From Octopus vulgaris (Eukaryota), in the NCBI GenBank assembly GCA_951406725.2, contig OX597835.1, forward strand, positions 41,354,001-41,418,000: 64,000 nucleotides of DNA, given 5' to 3'. Shown piece by piece: positions 40,535 to 53,347 of the stretch (position 1 is the stretch's first letter; each line of letters begins with the position of its first letter). A model generated the notes under the pieces. The model was not told where the DNA came from and searched no databases. It saw only the letters and a program-made list of their open reading frames with translations. The position numbers and the translations under genes were made by a program.

Positions 40535-40830
40535 TCAATTCAATTCAATTCAATTTTTATTGGCTCAAAAAGCAAAAGCAAGGCCATGTAGGGGGACAGG
40601 GAGTTATGTACAGATAGGATGGTCATACAAAGAGTTCAGGCCATTTCTGGTCAAGAGAGACTTTGAACTGAGCGGTCGTCAGCATCTTCACTATCTCGTC
40701 CGGCAGCTTATTTCACGGATCCACAACCCGGACGGAGAAAGCCCCTCTCCTTCGATTGAGATGAAATCGTCATAGATAGAGCTTTTCAGAGTGACCCCAC
40801 AGCCCACGCTCCGGAGCTGGGGTGAGAAAT
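40535..40830 (-). mobile_element. CR1 LINE 3' end
   Basis: Reverse-complement match to 27950-28200. Confidence 0.8.
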
Positions 40831-41394
40831 AACTTTCAAAAGTGATTTATTTGCACTGGTAACACAGGTGAGACACAGTATTGACAGAAGCCTTTAATAT
40901 ACTTGGTAGTATATTATGGTTGTATAACAAAATACTATGTCCCTATAAGCAATTAATGGATTGGAGAATTATGATGAGAATTGAACTGGCATCCTATTGG
41001 CTTGTAGAGTGACACTTTATGTACCTGGCCAGGAGTGGCTCAACAATAATTCTAAAATAAAATACATGATGATGTTAAAGGTTATGATTAATCTTTATTC
41101 TATCAATAAAACATCTTAAAAATTAAGAAAGTTTGTTACAAAAAAAAATTGTAAAATGATTTTAAACCTTGGAAATGGAACTAAGCCACAACACAGCTTC
41201 AGTGATACAACTTTCACTATTTCAACCATTTTATACATACATACATACATGTATATACATACATACATTCATACATACACACACATTTTATTTGTAGGTC
41301 AACAAGGCAACCAATGGTTTCATGTGAAGAGATCATCACAATTGTTCAAGTGTGCCACATAGGAGTATTGTTGCTCATCCCCATTTTGGATGAG

Positions 41395-41429
<35 letters not shown>

Positions 41430-42540
41430 TAGAGATAAAACCAGTATTAGGCAACTCAAACAGTGATAAACATAAACCAAAACATAAAAAGCAAAAAATA
41501 AATATAATTAATATAATATACAATATATATATATAAAATATAAAATTTCAATTATTAAAATTAGTGGTTTTATCTCTAATTTAATTTATATTTATACTGT
41601 GAAATTTGATTTATCCTAAATCTAATTTTTCCCTTTAAGTTTGGATATACTCCCTAATATTATTATTATATATATATATACACAGACACACACACATGAT
41701 GAGTATATAGGGATAAATTGTCATGGCAAGTACTGTAAGAGCTCTGAGGAAAAATTTAGTACAGCTGTGCCTTATGTAATAGGACGGAAAGATATAATTT
41801 GTGCATAGAGGAAATTTACCAGTTTTATATCGAAACACCAATTGCCTTACAGTAGACTGGAACAGGCCTTGGGACGTCTGTACCTGTATGGGAAAACAGT
41901 TAAATGCTTCCATGCAGGTGTTGGATAGGATGATATCCATTACAGAAAGGGGAGGTGCCTGAATTTAAGGAGTAAATGTTGAGACAATACCTAATTTTAA
42001 CTTTCAATTAGTTATTGATTTTATCACAAGCTTAAAATATCTTTTATAAATCATAGCAACACGTATAGGACACACTTGCTTATACATAATCTACAACTCA
42101 ATTAACAAGTGACTTCTTAAGTATATATGGCAGAATTCCTTCAATTAATTTAATTAAATTTACTCTGTTTTTTATTCAATCTCTTTTAATACACAGATGA
42201 AGTTATATTTGAACACTATGACCCAATTTAGTGTATAAAACACTCGTCCTGAAACTAAGGTTACCATAGGTCAGATACAAAGTAAATTTTATACCCATAT
42301 CAGATTTCAACATCACTTGCCTTTTGTGTCTACAACCATAGTAGAATAAAGAAATAAGCTTGCCATACATAAATAAATTTAGTTTTCTGAATGAAGGATT
42401 ACAACAGAATATTATAGGCTGCATATGCAGCAGAAATATGTATTAGTTGTTTTAACTAATTAAGCTGTATAATTAAAAGCTGTTAAAATTAAAAGAAAAC
42501 TTTGAAGATGTACCAGTTCCTGTATTCTCTGTAATTGTTT

Positions 42541-42573
<33 letters not shown>

Positions 42574-42740
42574 ACATACATATATTAGACTTCAAAGTCA
42601 CTGTCAACCCTCTTGTAAAACTTTAACAAACTGTACTCTACAACAAAGTATTGAGTAATTCTTCAGTTTAATATTAAACTGTTTTTATATACAACTTGAC
42701 ATAAAAACTATGAATATATATATATATATATATATAGATA

Positions 42741-43868
42741 TAAGGTTATCACATAAATAATGTGGTTTTTCAATTGCATGAACTAAAAGCAGGTAGTAAG
42801 TATACCTTGTACTTATTCTTAGTGCAAGTTTTGAAGAGTGCAGTTCGATTTTAACAGGTATTTTTTCAAAGCTGTAATGGAAGTGACAAAGGAGCATATT
42901 TGGCATATTTTGCTTTATGAGTTCAATAAAAGCACCAATGCAATGGAAAGTGCAAGGAATATTAATGCAGTATATGGGGATTGGACAATAAGCGTAAGCC
43001 AGTGTCAACAGTGGTTCCAGAAATTCCCAGCCAGAAACTACAGCCTAAAAGATGAGCCTCATCCTGGAAGATCCGTAGAGCTCGATGAGGACGTCCTGCA
43101 AACCCTGGTGAATCAAAATCCCAACGTAACTGTTGAAGAACTAGCAGAGAAGCCTGGATTTGGTCATTCAACCATTCATCGAGACCGGTGTTCCATCAGA
43201 AAAGTCAGAAAATTGAGTCAATGGGTTCCTCATGAACTTTCTGAGTCTAATTATGCACAGAGTGAATGTGTGCTCTTCTTTGCTGTCATGTCTCATGAAT
43301 GAACCTCTAAGGGATCAAATAGTGACTGGTAACAAGAAATGGGTTCTCTATATAAGTGTCAAGGGCCAAAGACAGTGGGTGGGGAAAAGAGAAATATCAG
43401 CACCCCAAGACTAAAGAAGGTCTTCACCCATGTAAGGTGTTGTTATCTGTTTGCTGGGATATGAAAGGTTTAGTCCACTTTGAACTTATAAACCCAAACC
43501 AAACAATAACAAATATCGAATCGTGGCCGAAGCCAATGCCGCCTCGACTGGCTTCCGTGCTGGTGGCACGTAAAATGCACCAATCCGACCGTGGCCGATG
43601 CCAGCCTCGCCTGGCACCTGTGCAGGTGGCACGTAAAAAGCACCCACTACACTCACGGAGTGGTTGACGTTAGGAAGGGCATCTAGCTGTAGAAACACTG
43701 CCAGATCAGACTGGAGCCTGGTGCAGCCTTCTGGCTTCCCAGATCCCCGGTCGAACCGTCCAACCCATGCTAGCATGGAGAACGGACGTTAAACGATGAT
43801 GATGATGATCTACTGCAAGCAGCTTCAGTCAGTGCTAAAAGAAAAATGGCCTCCCTTGGTTTCAAGAC
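42741..43868 (+). mobile_element. Mariner (same family as 58665-59915), 3'-truncated, with an RTE tail inserted at about 43516-43807
   Basis: ORF 42838-43302 MEVTKEHIWHILLYEF...WVPHELSE; left TIR remnant. Confidence 0.88.
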
Positions 43869-44151
43869 TGCTGTGGAGAGAATACGACACTCCCTAACAA
43901 GAATAGCCAGGACCATTGCATATAAATAGTAGCGAACTGACGTAGTCGGCAGTTAGTAGTTTGGTCTTCAAAGTCCAGGTACAGTTTACAGTTCAAGTTA
44001 GTGTGCTGGAAATATTAATTGTCGGTTCGTTATGTGTTTGTTACTGCCATTGTTTCTATTTTGTATTGTTATAACACAGTTACAGTATATTCTTTATTTA
44101 TCATTGACAATATCAACCATACTCTGATATTGGAGGCATAAGGATATAACA
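43869..44151 (+). mobile_element. LTR-like segment truncating the mariner
   Basis: TGCTGT...ATAACA termini, TATAAATA at about 43921, followed by ACTGGG; no TSD seen. Confidence 0.4.
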
Positions 44152-45042
44152 ACTGGGGATTAGGATTAACTAAAAACTTTCTTCAAGATCAAAGTTTTCT
44201 TGATTAGTTCAAAAACTTGTTTCATTGGTCCAGTGGCTCCACCATTAGCTTGAAGGAAATTCCTTCGTTAACTCAAGAAGTTACCTCATTAACTCAAGAG
44301 GTACCCTGGTTTGATCAAAAGATTCTCTCATTAGCTTCATGCATTGCAGTAATTTCTGGCAGATCCTGTAAAAGGGAGTCTAGATCAAGGACAGGTGAAT
44401 ATCTGAAATGTGGATAGTAACCTGTCTAAATGGACAGAAAGAATAACTAGAGCATATATATTTCTTTACTGCCCACAAAGGGCTAAACATAGAGGGGACA
44501 AACAAGGACAGACAAATGGATTAAGTCGATTACATCGACCCCAGTGCGTAACTGGTACTTATTTAATCGCCCCCGAAAGGATGAAAGGCAAAGTCGACCT
44601 CGACGGAATTTGAACTCAGAACGTAACGGCAGACGAAATACGGCTACGCATTTCGCCCGGCGTGCTAACGGTTCTGCCAGCTCACCGCTAGAGCATATAC
44701 CTGTGTATTTATGTGTGTGTGCAAATGTGCATGTTTGTATCTATATAGAAGGGGATGCTGAACAGTTCCTGGCTTTAAGGGTGTCACAAAAAGTCTGGTT
44801 GGAGGTTCGACCTTCTGAGTTCCTTCACAGGGCTTAGAAAAACTGAAAGACTTCTGCAATAAGTGTGTGAATCTGAGAGGGGAATATTTTGAATAAGATC
44901 GTAATTAACTGATCCTCCAGTGTTTTCTTTTACCCAAAGCCAGGACCTTTTCTGCACTCCCTCATATGTGCAGGCATGTACACATACACGTCGGTACGCA
45001 TCATACATAAAATAATTAAACATCAAACAAAATGTACTTTAC

Positions 45043-45078
45043 CTTTCCAGCATCAGTGATGTCAACTCCGCATCCCTC
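45043..45078 (-). CDS. Slimp: SLIMP-like exon F
   Basis: Strong polypyrimidine ...ttcttcag|GAG ... AAG|gtaaag; 36 nt; EGCGVDITDAGK ('EGCG' is typical of mito-SerRS/SLIMP). Confidence 0.92.
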
Positions 45079-45757
45079 CTGAAGAAAAAGCGAAAGGAAG
45101 GGGAAAAAAAAAGATTAGCTTTCTGATTACTCTGTCAAATGGAGTGCTTATTTATTCTCATTGTTCTCTTTTACTCTTTTTTACTTGTTTCAGTCATTTG
45201 ACTGTGGCCATGATGGAGCACCGCCTTTAGTCGAGCAAAAAATTGACCCCAGGACTTATTCTTTGGAAGCCTAGTATTTATTCTATCAGTCTCTTTTGCC
45301 GAACCGCTAAGTTATGGGGATGTAAACACACCAGCATTGGTTGTCAAGCGATGTTGCGGGGAAGGGACAAACAAACATATATATATAATATATACAACGG
45401 GCTTCTTTCAGTTTCCATCTACCAAATCCACTCACAAGGCTTTGGTCAGCCCGAGGCTATAGTAGAAGACACTTGCGCAAGGTGCCACGCAGTGGGACTG
45501 AACCTGGAACCATGTGATTGGTAAGCAAGCTACTTACCACACAGCCACTCCTATGACTATGAATATTTAACATAGAATACTTAATATATGTATATATTAC
45601 TGATGTATACATCACTAACATTAAACTGATATATTGCACAAAATTAATGCAACTTTCCTGCAACATACAAGAAATATTAATAAGGAAACAATAATGGAGC
45701 CTTTATGTGGTCACTAGATCTGTTAGAAACAGCAGCTAAATTTTCTACAAATCACAT

Positions 45758-46538
45758 GGTCATGTGGCGAGAATGGATGAAGATAGTTGTGTGAAAAAGT
45801 GCCACACCCTAGCAGTTGAGGGAACCTGTGGAAGAGGTAGACCCAGGAAAACTTGGGACGAGGTGGTGAAGCACGACCTTCGAACTTTAGGTCTCACCAA
45901 GGAAATGACTAGAGACCAAGACCTTTGGAAGTATGCTGTGCGTGAGAAGACCCGGCAAGCCAAGTGAGACCATAACTCATGGCCTATACCTGGGATGTAG
46001 CCAGTCCACTTATGCATTCCTTTCCTTCTTGGGACACAAAACTCTACTTGTGAAGACCTGTTGAGGCAAGTAAAAATCAAAATCAAAATCGAAATTGATC
46101 AACATCAATGGAAATTGTAGCTGTGATACTAGTGCCGGTGGCACATAAAAAGCACCATCCGATCGTAGCCGTTGCCAGCCTCACCTGGCCTCCGTGCCGG
46201 TGCTATGTAAAAAGCATCATCCAATCGTAGCCATTGCCAGCCTCACCTGGCCTCCGTGCCGGTGCTACGTAAAAAGCATCATCCGATCGTAGCCGTTGCC
46301 AGCCTCACCTGGCCTCTGTGCCGGTGCTACGTAAAAAGCATCATCCGATCATGGCCGGTGGCACGTAAATAGCACCCACTACACTCATGGAGTGGTTGGC
46401 GTTAGGAAGGGCATCCAGCCATAGAAACACTGCCAGATCAGACTGGGCCTGGTGCAGCATTCTGGCTTCCCAGACCCCAGTTGAACTGTCCAACCCATGC
46501 TAGCATGGAAAGCGAACGCTAAACGATGATGATGATGA
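45758..46538 (+). mobile_element. RTE-clade LINE 3' end (RT C-terminus, tandem-repeat 3'UTR, (GAT)n tail)
   Basis: ORF 45764-45967 ...GRGRPRKTWDEVVKHDL...LW; related 3'UTR fragments at about 2835-3145, 5535-5800, 6638-6910, 10462-10820, 14143-14435, 18070-18580, 25458-25960, 28675-29200, 33840-34270, 35030-35275, 43516-43807, 53500-53798, 55500-55695, 56800-57213. Confidence 0.88.
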
Positions 46539-46849
46539 CATTGCCTTAAAAAAAAAGGACACACTCAATAATGTAGATGTTACCTCGTTTGTTTGATATG
46601 TTCTTTTGTAAGGTCAGCAAGTGGGTTCTGAATCACAGCAGCCCCTTTTGCTAACAAAGGGGGTTGAATCACAGGGGTGGGGGCTGAATCATAGCAGGTG
46701 GGGGTGGAGGAACTGAATCATAGAAAAAGGCTGTTGACACAACAATAACAACAAAAGAAAAATCTGAAACTCTACCTGACCCCTAATATTAGCTGTCTTC
46801 GTAAACAACAACAACAACAAAAAAACAAAAGAAAACAACTGTCACCTAC

Positions 46850-46991
46850 CACAACAACAGCTTTAAATATTTCGGGGCAGGTCATCATCTGGAACCCGTT
46901 TTGGATTAGATTCTCAGAAAAATGATTGATAAGATGCCGCTCTGACCAAGCCAGTGGCCCGAGTAGGAAATAGGCACCGGGTCCAATATTA
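46850..46991 (-). CDS. Slimp: SLIMP-like exon E (class II motif 1)
   Basis: ttattcttccag|T ... GTG|gtaggt; 142 nt, phase 2-0; NIGPGAYFLLGPLAWSERHLINHFSENLIQNGFQMMTCPEIFKAVVV corresponds to SerRS 'YYLxG..A.L...L......L...GF.....P'. Confidence 0.93.
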
Positions 46992-47628
46992 CTGGAAGAA
47001 TAAAGAACAAGAAAGAAAGGAGGTTACAAAGTTGGGAGTAAATATAGATTTAAAAAAAGGGGGCGGAAAAGAGAAAGGAAGAAAATCAGGGTGTATATGT
47101 AAATTCTATATCCCTGACACAGTTTTATACTTTTGTAATAATAAATCAGGAGAAACAATAAACCAACTGGATATGATTCTTTTCTACTCTAGGCACAAGG
47201 CCTGAAATTTTTAGGGAAGGGGGGGGCAGTTGATTAGATTGATCCCAGTATGCAACTGATACTTAATTTATTGATCCTGAAAGGATGAAAGGCAAAGTCG
47301 ACCTTGGTGGAATTTGAACTCAGAACATAAAGACAGACAAAATACCCATTTCTTTACTACCCACAAGGGGCTAAACACAGAGAGGACAAACAAGGACAGA
47401 CAAACGGATTAAGTCGATTATATTGACCCCAGTGCATAAATGGTACTTATTTAATCGACCTCTGAAAGGATAAAAGGCAAAGTCGACCTCGGTGGAATTT
47501 GAACTCAGAATGTAATGGCAGACGAAATACTGCCAAGCATTTTGCCCGGCGTGCTAACGATTCTGCAGCTGGGATAACCACACAGCCACACTTGCATCTG
47601 TTTTTGTCAACCAAATTCACTTACAATT

Positions 47629-47782
47629 TGTTGTGGTAGATGCCCCCCAGGTGAGAAATCGGATGGTCCACTTCTAATAAATAGTGGACTGATACAGTCA
47701 GTAGACTCAGTCAGCAAAGTACACTGTTCGGGCCAGACCCACAGAGACAACAAAATACATCATCATAATGCTGGGCATAACA
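47629..47782 (+). mobile_element. Possible short LTR with PBS-like GTGGAGAC
   Basis: TGTTGT...ATAACA followed by gtggagac. Confidence 0.3.
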
Positions 47783-48864
47783 GTGGAGACAAGAATTCGT
47801 AGTTCACATAGCAACTGATGTGTAGTAACAGGACATAACAGTGGCGATGCTGATACCTCCCACTGTATAATGGTGTTGTTATAACAATGGTAACTAGGTT
47901 ATGAACACTCATAGGAATGTCAAAATGGAAGACCTTCATTCAAGAACAATGAGAAAAGTTTGAAGCATTCAAACTCTAATACAGAATTAAACTTCACACA
48001 GTGGAAAGTAATATATACACAGTGAAAAGTGAAAAATACATTAAAAAAATGATTTTGAAAGAAAGGATAAAAGAACGCTAACACAGAATTGAATTGCACA
48101 CAGTGAAAAGTAATATACACACAGTGAAGAATATATAAAAAGAATTCTGAAGGAGAAAAAAATGCTAACTCAGAAATGAACTACACATGGTAAAAAATAA
48201 TTCTGTGTGGAAGAAAAAATAATAATAGTAAGTCCATTCGAAGGATTTATAAGTCGGGTCGCTATATGTAGTAGTGCTACCAGTAATAATGTAGGCTTGG
48301 TATCTGCGGCATTTTGAAAACAAAAAATGGTTCTGTGTGGAACAAGAAATAATAATAATAATGGGTTACAGCAAATATTCTGCTCAATACCACAGATTTG
48401 CTTGTCAGTTGTCTGACCTTAACCAGTTGAGTATGTCCCTTAATGGCTGACGATATGTGCATCTCTGATCACAAGCAGAAGTAGTGGGGGAGCATCATAG
48501 CCATGTATTGAGAGGGATTGTTTGGGGTTTGAATAATTCATCCCTGGAAACATAGGTGTTTCATTCAACATCCTTAAACAACCCTTATTCAGGGACCTTT
48601 TGAGCGGGATGGGCAAGATGACATGTAGTGGAATTGAACCTGGAACCATGTGGTTGGGACGCAAACTTCTTACCACACAGCCACATGTACATGTGCATGT
48701 GCGTGCGTGCGAATGGCAGGCTTCTGCTTAGTTTCTCTCAACTCAATTTTACTCCTGAGTTATTGGTCCACAAAAGACATTTGCCCAAGGTGACATGAAG
48801 TAAACTAGAACCCAGACCCACGACTTTATGATAGTAAATAATTATTAAACAATGGACATCTCAC

Positions 48865-48931
48865 CTGAATTTAATCCAGTTGTGTTGTTCTCCAGCAACC
48901 ATATGATCGATTTGTGCAAAGTCAGCCAAGC
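48865..48931 (-). CDS. Slimp: SLIMP-like exon D
   Basis: gtatttcag|GC ... TTCAG|gtgaga; 67 nt, phase 1-2; (G)LADFAQIDHMVAGEQHNWIKF(S), cf. SerRS 'FxPxxHxELG'. Confidence 0.88.
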
Positions 48932-48993
48932 CTGAAATACGGACAATATGCTGGTGAGAGATTGCTTATCAGATGGGAAACTGGGAACAAAAC

Positions 48994-49100
48994 TTAAATA
49001 ATAATTATCATGATGATGATAACGATGATGACAACAGCAATGGTGATGACAAAGTGCTTGATGATGCCTGATGATGATAATAATAATAATAATAATGATA

Positions 49101-49132
<32 letters not shown>

Positions 49133-49181
49133 AATGATGATGATAATGATGATGAGGATGATGATGATGATGATAATAATG

Positions 49182-49212
<31 letters not shown>

Positions 49213-49222
49213 TAATAATAAT
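48994..49222. repeat. Compound (TAA)n/(TGA)n microsatellite
   Basis: Direct inspection. Confidence 0.95.
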
Positions 49223-49224
49223 AA

Positions 49225-49400
49225 AAATTCAACCACTTGTTATTCATGGATGACCTCAAAATTTATGGTAAAGATGAATCTCAAGTCAGTTCCCTTGTTG
49301 ATATGGTGTATACTTTCAGTGTTGATATGAGAATGGAGTTCAGACTGAAAAGTGTGGTATGTTAGTCTTGAAGAGAGGCAAAAATCAAATGTATGGATGA
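49225..49400 (+). mobile_element. R4/Dong RT fragment abutting a (TAA/TGA)n array
   Basis: NHLLFMDDLKIYGKDE...; Dong-type elements are known to target (TAA)n. Confidence 0.7.
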
Positions 49401-49684
49401 GCTATTCTTTAATACATCTTCAATTATAAGTTACAATTTTTTCCGTACCATCTTTATTTGCAACGCGAATTAACACAAAAATTTTAATGCAAAATCACAT
49501 AATGTTTCCAGTTTTAGACATTAGAGAGGCACTTCTTCAGACTGGCATCGATTTTGGATTTTCTACACCCGAAGAATTCCAGCTTTGATGGGAACCCAAC
49601 AAAGTTGATAGCTCAATATTCAGGTTGAGTGCTTCCCTGGAAATAGCCTAACTTCACACTCCACCTATGCAATAAAAATAATAA

Positions 49685-49963
49685 TCTCTATATATATATA
49701 AACAGCAAAATGTCTGTCTGTGTGTGTGTCCTTTATACAAATCCACAATTTTTCAGTTAGAGGGCTTGCACTTTTCTATGGTCATTCAAAACCGTCCAAG
49801 GGTGGTCGTGCACATCTTTACATTTCCCCAGTCACCCCGCAAAGCCATTGAAAAATCAATAGAAGTGATTTTTGGTGAATTTTCTATCCAAAACCCAATC
49901 AAAATGCACAAAACTTGATATGCCAATTGAATGCCAGCTAGCGTTGCCGGGTCATAGTGCTAG
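49685..49963 (+). mobile_element. Non-autonomous Helitron
   Basis: A|TCTCTATATATATAAA 5' end; GC-rich subterminal segment; CTAG|T 3' end. Confidence 0.65.
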
Positions 49964-50023
49964 TGCAAGTATAAAAGTTCTGTCCGGAACTTATAAACAA
50001 TGAATCTAATAAATATATCTCAC

Positions 50024-50069
50024 CTTTTTCTGGGACAGTTTCTTGCAAGATCTTCACTTCATCTGTTGG
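50024..50069 (-). CDS. Slimp: SLIMP-like exon C
   Basis: ttttactgtag|CCA ... AAAG|gtgaga; 46 nt, phase 0-1; PTDEVKILQETVPEK. Confidence 0.85.
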
Positions 50070-50523
50070 CTACAGTAAAATGTGACATTTCAAACTATAC
50101 ATATGTCTGTGTGTATTTATATGACTATGCATGCGTGTGCGTATACAACTATCTATCTATATTTACACACACACACATGTATGAATATATATGCATGTAT
50201 ATATACAAATATATAGATTAAGCAGAAAAGAAAAGGCAAACAGTTTGGCAAGACTTGACAAAGACATTTAATTTAATTTAGCTATGTAATAATTAAAAGG
50301 TTTAGATCACATCAAATACCAATTTGAGCTCTCAGATCATATACCTATTAATCTGAGTCACCCTCACAAAAGCTCCTCATATATATATATATATATATGC
50401 GTAGGCTCGAAACGTAAAATACTTTTTCTATCCCTGAGTGTTATACTAATACATCTGTTTGTTTTGTACACCACCTGTCTTCGTCTTTTGTTTTTTTCAT
50501 AAACTCTCCCTATATATATATAT

Positions 50524-50590
<67 letters not shown>

Positions 50591-50658
50591 GCAGTAAGCA
50601 GATAAATGTGAAACAAGATGGAAAAAGAGTACTCAAATACCAGAGGTAGAGTAATATG

Positions 50659-50846
50659 CTTTATTTAAAAGCAGCAGAAATATAACAAAACCTGTTACTC
50701 AGAGTTTCATGTTCCCGTTCGTCGGACAGTTTTGTTAAAATAGAACACAAATATTTCTGTTCTATTTTAACAAAACTGTCCGACGAACAGGAACATGAAA
50801 CTCTGAGTAACAGCTTTTGTTATATTTCTGCTGCTTTTAAATAAAG
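50659..50846. repeat. Near-perfect 188-bp palindrome
   Basis: ctttatttaaaagcagcag...ctgctgcttttaaataaag. Confidence 0.92.
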
Positions 50847-51459
50847 TATATATATATTGATTTCTTTATTGCCCACAGGGGGCTAAATATAGAGGTGACA
50901 AACAAGGACAGACAAAGGGATTAAGTTGATTACATCGACCCCAGTGCGTAACTGGTACTTATTTAATCGATCCCGAAAGGATGAAAGGCAATGTCAACCT
51001 TGGCAGAATTTGAACTCAGAACATACAATATCAGAAAAAGAACACACTCTAAAGAATAGAGCAGTAAATATTAAAACAAGAAGCTAAATTCTGGTCACAT
51101 AATGACCAATGTTTTGCAGCCACGAAAGCTACAGGCTTGTTTATATATATATATAATATAAATAATTTGGGAAAACAAATTTCCAAACCAATCAGGTACA
51201 ACTCTTCAGCATTATATGCATCTACATATCATCCCTTGCTGTCTTATTTATTGTATATACTCTTTACTCTTTTACTTGTTTCAGTCATTTGACTGCGGCC
51301 ATGCTGGAGCACCGCCTTTAGTCGAGCAAATCGACACCAGGACTTATTCTTTGGAAGCCCAGTACTTATTCTATCGGTCTCTTTTGCCGAACCGCTAAGT
51401 GACGGAGACATAAACACACCAGCATCAGTTGTCAAGCAATTTTAGGGGGACAAACACAG

Positions 51460-51492
<33 letters not shown>

Positions 51493-52469
51493 CATACATA
51501 TATACGACAGGCTTCTTTCAGTTTCCGTCTACCAAATCCACTCACAAGGCTTTGGTCGGCCTGAGGCTATAGTAGAAGACACTTGCCCAAGATGCCACGC
51601 AGTGGGACTGAACCCGGAACCATATGGTTGGTAAGCGAGCTACTTACCACACAACCACTCCTGCGCCTATTTTTATATTTATCTATAAATATACAAAGTA
51701 TCTAATAAAAGTCAATATTAATTCAATTTTGGGGGTTTAATCAATATGTGGGTATTCTATTTCAGATAATACAAAAAATATGAAATTAAAAAAAGAATAT
51801 CCCAACACTACCAGACCTTTAGCAATCCCAATTTAAGTAAGTCTACAGGCTTAAGTAAATACATATCGTAATTAAAATCTAGAAAAAGAGAGTACACCCT
51901 TAATTGGGGTATTATAGGTAGAGCCCATGCCTATAATATTAGGAATAAAATGTATTTATAACGCATAACTGAATTTATGAAACTACTACAGTCTAGTGAT
52001 GAATTATTAAATACATATGATGAACAAGGAGTTAAATGTAGGCACAGAAGTAATTTTACATTTAGTAAAATAAAGTACTGAACCCCGCAACCCCTGAAGC
52101 AAATAACCACATAATTTTATTTCTAAAGCACTTGAAGATTTTGGCACAAAGGCAGCAATTTTAGCAAGGAGTCAGTCGCATCGATTCCAGTACTTGACTT
52201 ATACTTTATTTTATCGACCCCGAAAGATGAAAAGACAGTGTCAACCATTGTGGAATTTGAACTCAGAATGTAAAGATCTGAAAGAAATGCTGCTAAGCAT
52301 TTTATCCAATGTGTTAACAATTCTTCCAGCTTGGCTTATATATAACTAGTCCAAGTTTCACAAGCATGAGAAGATGGATCTCAATGTGATCACTACATTG
52401 CTAGAAATAGCAGCTAAATTTCTTAGCCATTTTAGAAGGAAGAGGGACACATAAACTAATATAGCATAT

Positions 52470-52712
52470 TTATCTATTTATCCGCTCAGTCGAAGTCAAC
52501 TCTCGGTTACTCGATGGATCAGTTTCCTCCAGTCAGTTTTATCCTGGGCCGCTTCTTTCAGATTGGCTGTGTCCATTCCGGTATCACTCTTGATGGTGTC
52601 AAGCCAGCGGGTTCTTGGCCAGCCTCTTCCTCTCTTGCCACTGACCATTCTGAGCATGATGTCCTTCTCCAGGGATTTTCTCCTCATAATATGACCAAAA
52701 TATGCCAATCTA
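52470..52712 (-). mobile_element. RTE/BovB-like LINE 3' end
   Basis: ORF 52496-52735 near-identical to 33133-33396. Confidence 0.85.
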
Positions 52713-53272
52713 TAGCATATACTGTAGCATAACAAAAGAGCAGGATGGTCATGGTTAGAATGTCTTTAGTCAGAGATCTCCTCAATCAAGGTTAACTTGT
52801 GATTCAATAACATCAACACTTATATATATATGAGTCAATGATAAGCCTTCATGTGGTCACTCAACAAGGTGGAAATAGCAGCCAGAGCTTCCTCTAATTA
52901 CACCCTACCAGCTTGAATAAAATGTGATATATTGGACAATGAAGCCCAAGATGTACAAGAAGACTGATGGTCATGGTTGGAAGTATGCTTGATCAGAGGT
53001 GATCTAAGACTAAGTAACACCAACAGATTTGTATGCTAAGACGGAAGAGAGAATGATAAAGAAAGGAACATGACAAGACTGCAACACAGTTCCCCTTAGA
53101 AAAACCCACAAGGTTGTTCACAATATTGAGGTCTTCAACCAGAGAAGTCTTGTAAAATCTGGAAGAATGGATCTAAGAATTCCACTTTGTCATTTCACTG
53201 ACAACCTACAGGACTTGGTCAGAAATGACCTGGGACTAAGCAACAACAACAACAATGATGATGATAACTTAC

Positions 53273-53347
53273 TGTGTCTCTGTGTAGCACATTCGGTAAC
53301 TTCAAACTTTGCATAATCACGGTTTCTTCCAGAATATTGAAATCAGC
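53273..53347 (-). CDS. Slimp: SLIMP-like exon B
   Basis: ttttttgcag|GCT ... ACA|gtaagt; 75 nt; ADFNILEETVIMQSLKLPNVLHRDT matches the mito-SerRS 'ALKLPNxTHPD' segment. Confidence 0.92.

Noticed and set aside
41635-41940. 101-aa ORF with 'GLFQST' as the SerRS motif 2
   Set aside because: The true motif-2 equivalent is in exons H and I; only the 33-nt internal block is kept as a candidate cassette exon
44315-44402. Exon-like block YSPVLDLDSLLQDLPEITAMHEANERIF*, faintly like a SerRS N-terminus
   Set aside because: Wrong position and phase for this gene, contains a stop, and the similarity is too short
49008-49330. Poly-Asp/Asn, poly-His and poly-Ser ORFs
   Set aside because: Translations of a trinucleotide microsatellite running into a Dong fragment
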